DNA from: Macrostomum lignano
Taxonomy: Eukaryota
Direction of reading: 5' to 3'
NCBI GenBank assembly: GCA_002269645.1
Contig: NIVC01002928.1
Location: 1-64,000, forward strand
Length of the DNA stretch: 64,000 nt
The translations under genes and the position numbers were made by a program. The notes below the pieces were generated by a model that was not told the origin of the DNA, did no database searches, and worked only from the letters and a program-made list of their open reading frames with translations. Of the stretch, positions 49,688 to 62,864 are shown piece after piece. Numbering within the stretch: the first letter of the stretch is position 1; every line of letters begins with the position of its first letter.

Positions 49688-50319
49688 AAAACAAAAACAA
49701 TAATTGCAAATCTTCACCCCAATCCGCCGTCCTCTTTCAGCTGTTGTTGCCTAGCAACGCCGAGCGAATCATTGCGGCCGGAAAAGCTGCCAGTCGATGT
49801 CAACTTCACGAGGCCCGGCTACCGACTTATCGAGAGGTGTACGCAATGCGAGCGGCCGTGTCGGCTGACAGTCTGGACGATTTGTTCCGAGCGAACGACA
49901 CGATGCTGCAGTTTGTAGCGACCGACCTGGCCGGGTACGCCTTGGCCACGGCTGCTCAGCGATTTCGCCTCATCCAGCTCAGTCCGCTGAGCGATGGCGC
50001 TCTCGCTCGCGTTGGCGTCAACTGCGTCATCTGTCTGCGCGATGTTGACAGCGACGGCAGCGATGGAGGCTGCGATTCAACACCAGCAACTGTCGATGGC
50101 AGCCTAGACGTTGGCAGGACTGTCTATATACTGATCTGCCTACTGTCAGTAGTGAGCTCGGTTCTGGTGGCGCTGATTATTGCCCTACTGTGCGTCAATG
50201 TTTGCCACCTGGTCTGCCGGCGTTCGGCTGTCGCTCTGGGCAACTCCGAGTTGGACGAGCTGGTGGATGCGGAGAAGATCGGGGAGCGACGGCGGCTGGA
50301 GTGCGAAAGCGGATTGTGA
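49519..50319 (+). CDS. Single-pass type I membrane protein, 266 aa, possible degenerate C-type-lectin/Link-like ectodomain
   Basis: Signal peptide MRRLLLLLLLLTALVV, AASRCQLHEARLPTYREV motif, hydrophobic VYILICLLSVVSSVLVALIIALLC, short cytosolic tail; intronless. Confidence 0.8.
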
Positions 50320-50484
50320 GCTGGGTGCGTTTACTCTTTCGAGGATGCGCGTACACTTAATGTATAGTGTATTGGGAATTGTCTGTCAAATAGGGTCTGT
50401 CAGGGGGTGGGGTGTCCATCAGAGTGTCTACCAGAGATTTTCTGTCATGGAGTTCCTATCAAAAATTTCTGCCAAAGACAGACT

Positions 50485-51010
50485 GCCGGAGAGTGTCTGT
50501 CAGGGAGTGTCTGTCAGGGATTGTCCGTTAGGAAGTATCTGTCAGGAAGTGTCTGTCAGGGAGTGTCTATCAGGGCGTGTCTGTCAGGAAGTATCTGTCA
50601 GGAAGTCTTTGTCAGGGAGTGTCTATCAGGGCGTGTCTGTCAGGAAGTGTCTGTCAGGAAGTGTATGTAAGGAAGTGTCTGTCAGGAAGTGTCTGTCAGG
50701 AAGTGTCTATCAGGAAGTGTCTGTCAGGGAGTGTCTGTCAGGAAGTGTCTGTCAGGAAGTGTCTGTCAGGAAGTGTCTGTCAGGGAGTGTCTGTCAGGAA
50801 GTGTCTGTCAGGAAGTGTCTATCAGGAAGTGTCTGTCAGGAAGTGTTTGTCAGGAAGTATCTGTCAGGAAGTGTCCGTCAGGAAGTGTCTGTCAGGAAGT
50901 GTCTATCAGGAAGTGTCTGTCAGGAAGTGTCTATCAGGAAGAGTCTGTCAGGAAGTGTCTATCAGGAAGTGTCTGTCAGGGAGTGTCTGTCAGGAAGTGT
51001 GTGTCAGAGT
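50485..51010. repeat. 14-bp minisatellite
   Basis: GTCAGGAAGTGTCT. Confidence 0.93.
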
Positions 51011-52743
51011 GTCATCAAAATGAGTGTATGTTAGATAACATCTGTAAAATATTTGCCAGTCAACTGACAATGAGATGAATTCTTGGCACCAAGTGCCACT
51101 TAAATATTAAGTGTTGGAGCGCGTGTCAGAGAAGCATTCTTGATGGTTTTGTAAAACTGAATATTTATTAATATTGTTCCTTTAATTGTTAATTTCTGTC
51201 TTTTCTGGTACAAAACAAATAAATCGTCATTTTAAAGCAATTTGCTTTCGTGAAACACAACGACTAATTTTTTAATAATTAATAATACTCTCTATACATG
51301 TAGCTGAAAGAAATAGAGATAAAATGTCAGGTTGTTTTAATTGCTAGTTTTTCTTCTTCTGCGTATTTTACCCTCTCCATTCGCCAGAGGCGGAACTGAC
51401 ATGGAGTTCTTCAAAAATGGAGCCTGAAACGGAGAAATTAATAAAATCGCATCTACGTGTGGTGAGGATAAAAAAATGCAATCCAGAATTCTAGATTTTC
51501 AGTACTCCACGGCTATTGGGGCACGAATCTATTAGCAAAGATAGCTATGGCCCCTGCGCTGCAGGCCAGAAGCAGACGGTCAGACACTGTTTCTGTATAC
51601 CTAATTTAAGCCCCCGAAGGTAGGGTGGCGGCGGCGTCTTGACTGCATCGCAGCTACTAATAAATAGCTTCTATCAGTTGCTCGATCTTTGCGTAAATTC
51701 AAGAATTCTGTGCGATCAGCTAACCAGTCCGAAAAAAGACCTGTAGTTTTTATGATTTTGTTTTGCTTGCTAATAAAGTTTACGGTAGAAAATGTCTGCA
51801 AAAAACAAAAGTTATCTACGCAATTAAACTGTCGTTAAACTGACAACTATAGCTAGTAATTTTTGTAATTAACCCGTGCAAATTCGAGTGAGGGTGGACC
51901 ATTAAAGGACCATGGCTGATTTCTAGTGGCATGCTACCCGAAGGCCACGTCTCTATTAGAATTGAAGTCTTTCGGTTTCGATGGACTCGAATTGTCTTGC
52001 AGCAACGGGGTGTCTATACTTCATGGATGTCGCCTGGTGCAGTGTCGAAAGGGTTCAGAGATCGGGACGGGCTGAAGATCCGTCATCTCGGTACACTTTT
52101 GTTGTATTGATTTTTATTGGTGTACTCGAATATTCTTCACAGAACAGAATGGATGGTCAAGTTTACAAAACTAACAATAAAAAAATCAATACAATGATTT
52201 TTAGAACGAAAATCTTATGTAATAGAAAACTATACCATATTGAAACAAAAAAGCCAAAATAAAAAATAGGAATAAAAAAGGAATAAAAAACTACCGTAAT
52301 ACGAGCTAAAACAAAAACCAATAACTATGAAAGCTATTACAACAAAAACTAATAAAATAAAGAAATAACACAACAAAAACCAATAGCTAGCTACATGCAT
52401 TAAAAGCTGTAAGAAGAGATTCGAGAATTATAAAGAGCTTAAATATTAAAATTCGTAAATTAATTTTTTTTCGTTTATTTCAGGTTTTTTTAACGATTTG
52501 ATACTAACCTACACTTCACTTGAGCTTAATATTTTCAGATAATCAAAAGAGATTAAGTTAGCTGGAGATTTCGAGCCATTTTTACAAACTTGAATGAGTA
52601 AATTTAAGTCAATTGTACTTTAGTTGGAAAGGACCAGATGGTCTGGAAAGTGGAGCATTCGATAGTTTATGCGTTTAGAACAACCGCCAGCGGTTGACTT
52701 AAGCTGGTTCTCTAAACTGTAAGCTCTAAATTACGCTAAAATG

Positions 52744-53930
<1,187 letters not shown>

Positions 53931-55861
53931 TTGAGAGGCTGGGGCCGGAGGAAATCAAAAATGAATTATAACGCGTCGGGTGAAGTGAAAAGCAGATTAG
54001 GAAAGCAGGCAAAGCCGTGCAGAGAATTGGCTTAATTGCCACCGGTGCTGCTTACAAGGAAGGCATCTTGACCTGGCGTTTGTACTTAAGGAACCCCGCA
54101 TGCGTTGCAATCCTTTCAGTTCTGCTGATCATGCAGCTCTATAGTTCTTTGCCGTGGCTAAGCCACAGCCTGCGATTCCATTCCTGTTTTGCTAATCCTC
54201 TCACATCCCCTGCCTGCCACGGTGAATTCTTCTGCATTCCCATCATGTTCAGCCCAGCGCTTCGACTCAGCTGCCCAAGTCAGCAGTACAAGGATTCCAG
54301 CGTTTCTAGGCTGTTCGCACTTATCAGCTTTTGCTGGGATTGGCCAATAGGAACGGTAAAGCTATGTAGGAAAAGAAAAATGATGACCGCCCCTGCGAAA
54401 CTAGCTAGCTATTCTTTTTCGTCTTAGTCAGCAGATCGGTTTCTTTTTTGCTCTGATAACATACAACCGACGCGGCTTGAAAGCTATGGTGGTTGACGTT
54501 TCCTGGCTTCTTCTAGGGGAGAGAATTCCTAGATGGCCAAGCAACTTTTTAAAGATGAGATGCTAATTGGATGAGTGCGCGACTTCTGGCATAAATGACC
54601 TTGGGAATGAAGTTTTGTATATGGCATGCAGAGTCTGCGTTAATACCCAGTTTCATGTGTAGTATCCAGTTTCATGTGTAGAATCTAATTTAATGTGTAG
54701 TATTCAGTTTCGTGTTTAGTATCCAGTTTCATGTGTAGTGCCTGCAGTTTTCATGTGTAGTGTTGTGCCCGTGCGCTTGCCCTGCCAAAGTGCACTCTGC
54801 CCCCTCGCGCGGCATACTGTATTTGTTTTGTGCTATGTTGTTGTGCCCGTGCGCTTGCACTGCTAAAGTGCACTCTGCTCCGTTTTTGTTTTTGGTGTGA
54901 TAGGCTCAGCGGTGTAAGCCGCTTAGCCCTTTGGGTTGGCTGCGCGCTGGTTGGCTGGGCCGCCCTGTTTGGCCCTCCTCCCGGGCTGCCCTCCCCCAGC
55001 TGCGCCGTGATTGGCCGGTGGGTGGCTGGGCCGGGGTGGGGCGGGGGTGGGGGGGGAGCCCCCGGCCTCGGGATCATCGTGGCCTTTTAAGGCGCGGCCG
55101 AGGCGGGTGGCTGCCGGCCCGTGTTTGTTTTGTTTGCCGCACTCTACAACGCAGGCCCAGAGCGCCGATTACAGCGTCTTTAGACCGTCCTTCCCCTAAC
55201 ACATACGCAATAAACGTTGACCATCGGGTCCACCAGCCGCGAGCAGACCTCAGCTACGATTTATTGACCGCACGCGCAAAGGCGAGCCATCCGCGAAGTA
55301 AGTCACTGCCTTGTCTCTTTCATTTCGGGAGCTGTAGCTCAGGGGGGACCAGGCCAGGTAGTCAGCTAGGGGTCACCCTGTACTGTAAGCCCGCTGTACA
55401 TAGACGCCAGCTTGTGCGCCCTGACGCCCTGCTGAAGGTGATCGACATCACAGCGTCCCTACGCGTGTGCCGGACACTTGGGTGCGTCCTGACGCCCAGA
55501 CCTAGGGTCCCGTTCCCTACGCGTGTGCCGGACACTTGGGTGCGTCCTGACGCCCCAGACCTAGGGTCCCGTGCGGACACTCGCGCCCCGACGCAGGCCA
55601 GCACGGGCCCACGTACTCTGACCCTCGTAGGTGCACCCTTCCTGAGAGTCGTGAGTACAATAGTAGTATTCAGCTTCATGTGTAGTATCCAATTTAATGT
55701 GTAGTATCCAGTTTCATGTGTACCCAGAATCATGTACATGTATAGCTATCTCATTAAATTCACATGCTTATTTCTTTTTTCAGTCTGACATTAGCCTGAT
55801 GCAAAGTCAATTCAGTCTATGTCAATTTCATTAATAATAATAATTTTTACCTGCCCTAACG

Positions 55862-56130
55862 GCAGATGTGCGACCGACAGCTCAGCCACAGCTATTGCGC
55901 GGCGCATCTGAAGGCTGCGTACGGCTGTTCAGTCCAAGGACTGGGGGGTCGCCACACGCACCCTCAATTACCCCAGCTAATGCTGGCACCCATTTTACAG
56001 CTGGGTGAACTGAAGCAATGCAGAGTTAAGCGTCTTGCTCAAGGACACAAATTGTTCGAGTGAGATCGGGAATCGAACCCCGACCTTCCAGTCGTGAGTC
56101 CGACGCTCTAACCACTAGGCTACAACCCCC
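55862..56130 (-). mobile_element. tRNA-derived SINE family A, copy 2
   Basis: Colinear with and highly similar to 10886-11166; flanked by a TAATAATAATAA run at its 3' end. Confidence 0.85.
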
Positions 56131-56654
56131 AATTTCACTAGATATGTGCTTAACCTTGCGAAGCATTATCCATAGTCTCTGACGAATGAAAAGTGCACAA
56201 ATAAGATTCAATCCATATTGAATGCCCTGCAGACATTCTCTCGTCCTCCTCTCTCCGCAATGCACCCTGCGGTTACATTATTCAGGCGAGAAAAAAGTCT
56301 TCTTCAGCTAATATGTAGTAGAGGCAAAAGCAGAAGTTTGACTATTATAGAAGGCGGCAGCTGATGATGGAGCGATGCGGTAAAAGCTTGAGGGGGAATG
56401 CAGCCCCAACAGATGGCATTCCGGTAGAAGAGTTCGGTAGAACAGACGGTTGGCCGAGGGTCAATAATGCAACAGTCTGTTTAACAGTGCAGCATCTGAT
56501 GACGCTGACTGAGCATCTGACCTGCTAGGCTTGATGCTGACCGCTTGTAGTATCCGGTTTAATCTGTGGCACACAGTTTTATGTCTACAAACCCCATGAA
56601 CTCATCCAGTCCTGACCTCATGAAATCACAAGCTCTTGAACTTCTGTGCCTGTG

Positions 56655-56915
56655 AACTAGGAACTGAATTGGAATCTCGGCTTGGCTCTGCTCGTGCAAT
56701 TAACGCCAACCTAGGGCCAATTTAGGGCCAACCCCCAAGGCACAGTGAAGTGTACTTGCTTAACGATAAATAATAGAGGTAGGGCCGCTGTACACTCCTG
56801 TGTGAGTGTGTGCCTGCGCGTATGTCAGCGTACGTATCCGCGCGCTTGTTTGCCTGCTCAGGGGCGTTGGCGGAATGTGTGATAATGTCGCTTAAAGTGC
56901 TCCAGGGTGCACACA
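56655..56915 (+). mobile_element. Dispersed repeat family B, second copy
   Basis: Matches the reverse complement of 29310-29585. Confidence 0.65.
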
Positions 56916-56936
56916 GCCCCCTGCCTCTAATAAAAA

Positions 56937-57155
56937 GCCCATGAACTACTGAACTGCTGAGCCCATGAACTACTGAACTTCTGAGCCCATGAACTACTGA
57001 ACTGCTGAGCCCATGAACTACTGAACTTCTGAGCCCATGAACTACTGAACTGCTGAGCCCACGAACTACTGAACTGCTGAGCCCATGAACTACTGAACTG
57101 CTGAGCCCATGAACTACTGAACTGCTGAGCCCATGAACTACTGAACTGCTGAGCC
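56937..57155. repeat. 24-bp minisatellite
   Basis: GCCCATGAACTACTGAACTGCTGA, about 9 copies. Confidence 0.93.
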
Positions 57156-57714
57156 GACTCCACACTAAACATGGTTGATTCCCAAATTTTCTCTCAGCAA
57201 ATAGCCAGCCATGCAGATCCACTTGTCCTTGATCGAGAAAAAGTTTCTGTTAATTCCCACCCGAGCTCCAACCCTCCGCCCAAGACTTTTCGAGTATGTT
57301 CGAGTAACTATAGCCTGCCCCAATCCAGTAGGAATAGCAAAGCAAATGTTTGATTTAAGCCTCAGGGTCTGCTACTGGTTGGGAATCCGGCATATGGAGC
57401 CTTGTGGAGAAGTTCATCTACAAAACTGCTTGATCTGATCGTTAAATTCCATGTCACTGCTAACATCCGAACCCCTAGATTATAACAGTTATCTTCTCAT
57501 CCTTCTTTCTTGCGCTGTTTTGTCTCTTCTCTCTTGTCCTGTGTCTCTCTTGAGTGTCTAGTTTTGTATAGATCTCGTCCTGTCTTTCCTCCATTTTTCT
57601 TGTCCTTTCTATCTTATCTAATCTTCTTGTCTCCTCTTTCTGTCTTTTATTTGTCTTGCGCGTTTCTCTTTCTTGTCTTGTGCCCCAGCTACCCCAAAAA
57701 AGTCAATAAATGTC

Positions 57715-57960
<246 letters not shown>

Positions 57961-58149
57961 CTGGATGAGGCAATATTGGGCAAGGCCCAGACCGAATCGA
58001 TGGACCAGCAGCGGTCGACACGCTAAAATTGACTTGCTCAGCTCTGCCTCTCTGCAGATTCTGCGGCTTAATAAAAATGAGAACCTCATCGAATACAAGA
58101 GTCAGGTGACACGAGGCTCACTGACCGAATTCTACAAACTGTTTACGGA

Positions 58150-58260
58150 GAGTGCACATGCCTGAAGATTTAGAAAGTCAGGGGCCGCTGTACACCCTGT
58201 TGTGAGCGTGTGCATGAGTGCTGTGCATGAGTACAGTATTGGCACGTTTGTATGTGCTCA
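58150..58260 (+). repeat. Dispersed repeat shared with 2128-2250
   Basis: Same motif string as at 2128. Confidence 0.65.
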
Positions 58261-59125
58261 GATATAATTTATCTTTTCCTGCAAAAATCAAACTGACCAT
58301 TGGGTGGGTGGCTGCAGTTTTTGCGGCGTTGGTTCAGAAAATCAGAGTTTCTACTCACGAATAGCCTTAGATCAAGTTGACTTAATTCCTTGTGACCTTT
58401 TTTGTTCTTCACTTGCTTTCGCAATGTGACTACTAACGATTTAGTAGTTTACAATCGTTAGGTTAACGTTTAGGTTAGAGTTTAGTTTATGGTTCGGTTC
58501 GGTGCTCTCGCCACCTTTCTCCCTTCCTCCATTCACTCTGTCGCTTTCACCATTCACTCGCAATCTTGACCCAACTTCACTTGAGATCTCTTTTGGATCC
58601 TCTCTTCTTCCATTTGAATATGTATCACCCCAGTCTCACAATGCACCCATCAAGATGCACGTCGCTTTCTGCCCAGCCTTTTGTGCCTCTTTCTCATTCG
58701 ATATTTGCCTACGAGTATATAGCTCAAGTGGACAGGTATTGTGCCGCCGTTAACAAAGTTTGACCCGCGATTGAAAAGAAATTGTTGGTCAAGTCAATTC
58801 TAGCAGATCTACCGAGATTAATGAAATTGCTGCATTTGGATGACCAAGAAATTCTATACGTCTCATGATTAGTTTACTTGTAATTTCGCTTACTCTTATG
58901 CCATTGCTGATAGGAAGCGATGTAGAGCTGTCGCTCAATTGTAGCAGAGTTTGTAGGCAATTACTGATTGGCTCTGAAATATGAGCGCTAATGCTCTATG
59001 TGAATTATTATTTGAGCGAAACTCTATCAGAAATTGCATTTGAGGTACGCTTGTACTCGTATCAATCGATATGAGTTACTCAGATATCCTCTCATTTTGA
59101 ATTTTCGCAGGTTTTGAACTCTTTT

Positions 59126-59225
59126 TCTGAAGACCCTGAAACCCTATCTGAAGATCTGAAGACCCTGAAACCCAATCTGAAGATCTGAAGACCCTGAAAC
59201 GCTATCTGAAGATCTGAAGACCTTC
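59126..59225. repeat. Short tandem repeat, about 31-bp unit
   Basis: CTGAAGACCCTGAAACCCTATCTGAAGAT, about 3 copies. Confidence 0.8.
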
Positions 59226-60484
59226 ACCCTCATATAATGCTTTTGTCACTCTTGGTGCACTTTCTTGCTGAGCACTGATTGGCTGGACGTTTTTTTTCTC
59301 TAGCTGTCTGTACCCCTCCTCCATCCCTGACTACCCCATGCGCGTTACTTTCTCTCCTTGCGCGGCGCTGATTGGCTGGAGAAGGCTGGGCGGGGCGCTG
59401 TCTGCGCGGCTGGGGTGGGGTCGCTTGTTAAGCCTGCATGCCCCCCGTGCCGGCTGTGGCCTATATAGGCCTAGTCGCACTGAAAGACATCATGCCAGTT
59501 TGCATTAGTAAGCTAAGAAGTTAAATAAGGTACACGTATTGCCAGCTAAGCAAAGTGAGCTGTGTTTCGCAGTCTTCGTTCTATCGGTTGCTTAGGGGAA
59601 CCTAAGGGGAGTTGTGTTCGGACACCCAGTCACGTGGGAGCGTCCTGACGCGGGCAATCAAGGACACGTGTACCAATACTGCACTAGTATACATTTGAAC
59701 TGTTATCTGAAGACCCTGAAATAAATCTTAAGACACGGAAGTGTTATCGCTTCACACGGCGCTCTTAAATCCCATTTCACCCATCTAGCCAACACCCCCC
59801 CCCCGAATCCAGACGAGCAGAGGTGCCTAAATTATTGAACAGCTTTTTAACATCCTATGCCTCTAGAAGAGGGCATAAAAGAAATCGAATTAATTAAGAA
59901 ATCTAAAATGGGAAATGAAATCTCCGGTACGATATATTTTGCTGCTGCCATTCGAATTCTTAAAACTATTTGATATTCTCAATCGGCCGGATTTTGTCTC
60001 GCGTTTCAATTAAATAAATAATTAATTAAACTGCTACTTTGCTTCCAGACAAGCGATGGGGTGGATGCAGAGTGACAAAACAAGATCGGGTTAGATAGCT
60101 GCCGCCGATTTCAAGTTGGCTGACTGGTTGGCTGCACTTTTGGAATTAATTAATCCTGGCCTGTGGGATCTCCTCGTCAGCAATTGTGTGTGGGCCGGCT
60201 CTGCCGCTACCAGCAGGCAGGGGGTGGTTAAGCCTATTTTTGGCCTCGGGCAGTCCGGGTTGCGGGGCGAGGTGAAGACCAGCAACGGGGGCGAATATTG
60301 AGCGCGAAAAATGTTTTCCTGCGATGGTGTAGTACATGCTTTCCCAATCAGGCCGGCTGCATGGCCAGCTACCGCCAGATTGCGGTTGTCAAATTGCATT
60401 CTCTCGAATTTGAAAAGCAGAGGAAAAATTCCAGCGTACTTTGATTTGAATTAGTTTAGATTGCCGTAAAATTATTCTCAGGAT

Positions 60485-60700
60485 GTTCACGTCCCAGAGT
60501 AAACATGTTCACATCCCCGTGACATCATGTTCACATCCCCGCGACACCATGTACTTCACATCTGCGTGACATCATGTTCCCATCTGCGTGACATCATGTT
60601 CACATCCCCAGGCAATCATGTTTCTTATACCTGTGACATCATCATGTCCACATCCCCGTGACATCATGTGCTTCACATCTCCTTGACGTCATTTTCTAAT
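60485..60700. repeat. About 22-bp degenerate minisatellite
   Basis: GTGACATCATGTTCACATCCCC. Confidence 0.8.
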
Positions 60701-61664
60701 CCCCGAGGATATCCTCATCCTCAGATTGCATGAAGTGTCCCTCAGCTTCCAGCGTTATCCTAAATCACCACTGTTGTCCGTAATTCCTAAACCCATAGTC
60801 TACTATCCGTAATCACGAATTTCACATAATTATTCCGATATTAACATCGATCTAGCACGCTCGTATCCTCATGACATAATCTTCATATTGCCTTGGCATT
60901 ATCTTCATATAACCCACTCGTCCTCAAAAAACTTTCAGATCCCATACCTCCAAGCTAGCATCCCCGATATCCTCTCAATCATCCACAAGTGACCGGAACA
61001 CAATCATCTGATCCATGATATCGCATCTGTGGGCGGCGGCTACCAAGACCTCTGATGCACCGAATTTTCGAGCACTTTCATTTGCCAGCATCCAATGTCC
61101 CAACCCGCATCGCCCACTTCAGTTGCTATGCATTTGGGCTGCCCCTACAAACCTCGAGAGGCCTAATCTCCCCTCCAAATCCTGCCACCCACCTCCCTAT
61201 GCATTTTTACTAAGATTGCAGTTTAGTAGCATAAATCACAGAGTTATCGCGCCAGATCCTGCAACTTTGGTATAATTAATCCAAGGTACTGCACTGCATT
61301 TTAGATACAAAGGCTATTTTACATTATTTTTCTGTCCAAAGAAATTTTTTTGCAATAGAACACTCAAATATATCAAATATTCTTTTCTAACAATTTTGTG
61401 TGCAAAAGTAATATTCGGAGCAATAATACGATTTACATTTTAGTTAGGTGCAATAAAAATTGGCTGACAATAACATTACGAGTATTAACAGATTAATCTC
61501 TCATGGCGCTTTTACTTATGTAAATTCTCTTCAAAAATGTCTTTTTTCTACATAAAGCAGCATATTTGCAGGCAATCGATAAGGTGTATCTACTGATGTG
61601 TCTTTAAAGCCGAAATTATCGCGAAAACTTTTCAAACGTTCAGGGGCCAAGTGGAAAAACCGAT

Positions 61665-62312
61665 TTGGCGCCGATGGTACCAATTAAGCGCCTCTAGGAT
61701 CTTATTTGGCGCCTCGAGTATCTATTTGGCGCCACTAGGATCTATTTAGTGCTGATGGGATTTATTTGGCGCCTCTAGGATCTATTTGGTGCTGATGGGA
61801 TTTATTTGACGCCTCTAGGATCTATTTAGTGCTGATGGGATTTATTTGGCACCGATGGGATCTATTTGGCGCCGATGGGATCTATTTGGCGCCTCGAGTA
61901 TCTATTTGACGCCTCTAGGATCGATTTAGCGCCGGTGGGATTTATTTGGTGCCTCGAGTATCTTTTTGGCGCCTCTAGGATCTATTTAGCGCCGATGGGA
62001 TTTATTTGGCGCCTCTAGGATCTATTTGGCGCTGATGGTACCTATTTAGCGCCTCTAGGATCTATTTGACGCCTCGAGTATCTATTTGGCGCCTCGAGTA
62101 TCTATTTACCGCTGATGGTATTTATTTGGCGCCGATGGGAGTTTTTTAGCGCCTCTAGGATCTATTTGGCGCCGATGGGATCTATTTGGCGCCTCGAGCA
62201 TTTATTTAGGGGCTAATATGACCTATTTGGCGCCGATGGGATCTATTTGGCGACTCGAGTATTTATTTGGCGCCTCTAGTATCTATTTAGCGCCGATGGG
62301 ATCTATTTTGCG
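61665..62312. repeat. 20-bp minisatellite
   Basis: GGCGCCTCTAGGATCTATTT / GGCGCCGATGGGATCTATTT. Confidence 0.9.
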
Positions 62313-62639
62313 CTAGTAAATATACAAGCATCACAAAAATTATTTAAAAGTTAAGCACAGTGAGCTCTCCTTCAAGAGTTTCCCCATTGAGTACAAGTAC
62401 TGTGGCTAGTGCAGTTCAGTGCATCCTGCACAAAGCGATGCTCAAAAATCAAAGAATTCTGTGGTGCAGCAAGCAAGCGAGTGGGAGGCGCATATACAGC
62501 ACGCTTTCAACACTATCGTATAGAAAATTGCCAGATATATAAATTCCTTATGAATTACGCAGAGAATACTAAGTAAGCCAGTAATTTATTAAAAATATCG
62601 CATAAAATTCGTCAAAAAGACACTAAAGACAGGCGCTAG

Positions 62640-62858
<219 letters not shown>

Positions 62859-62864
62859 TATATG

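Noticed and set aside
56360-56530. Hammerhead ribozyme candidates (CTGATGA)
   Set aside because: No correctly placed GAAA core or stems could be assembled by eye.
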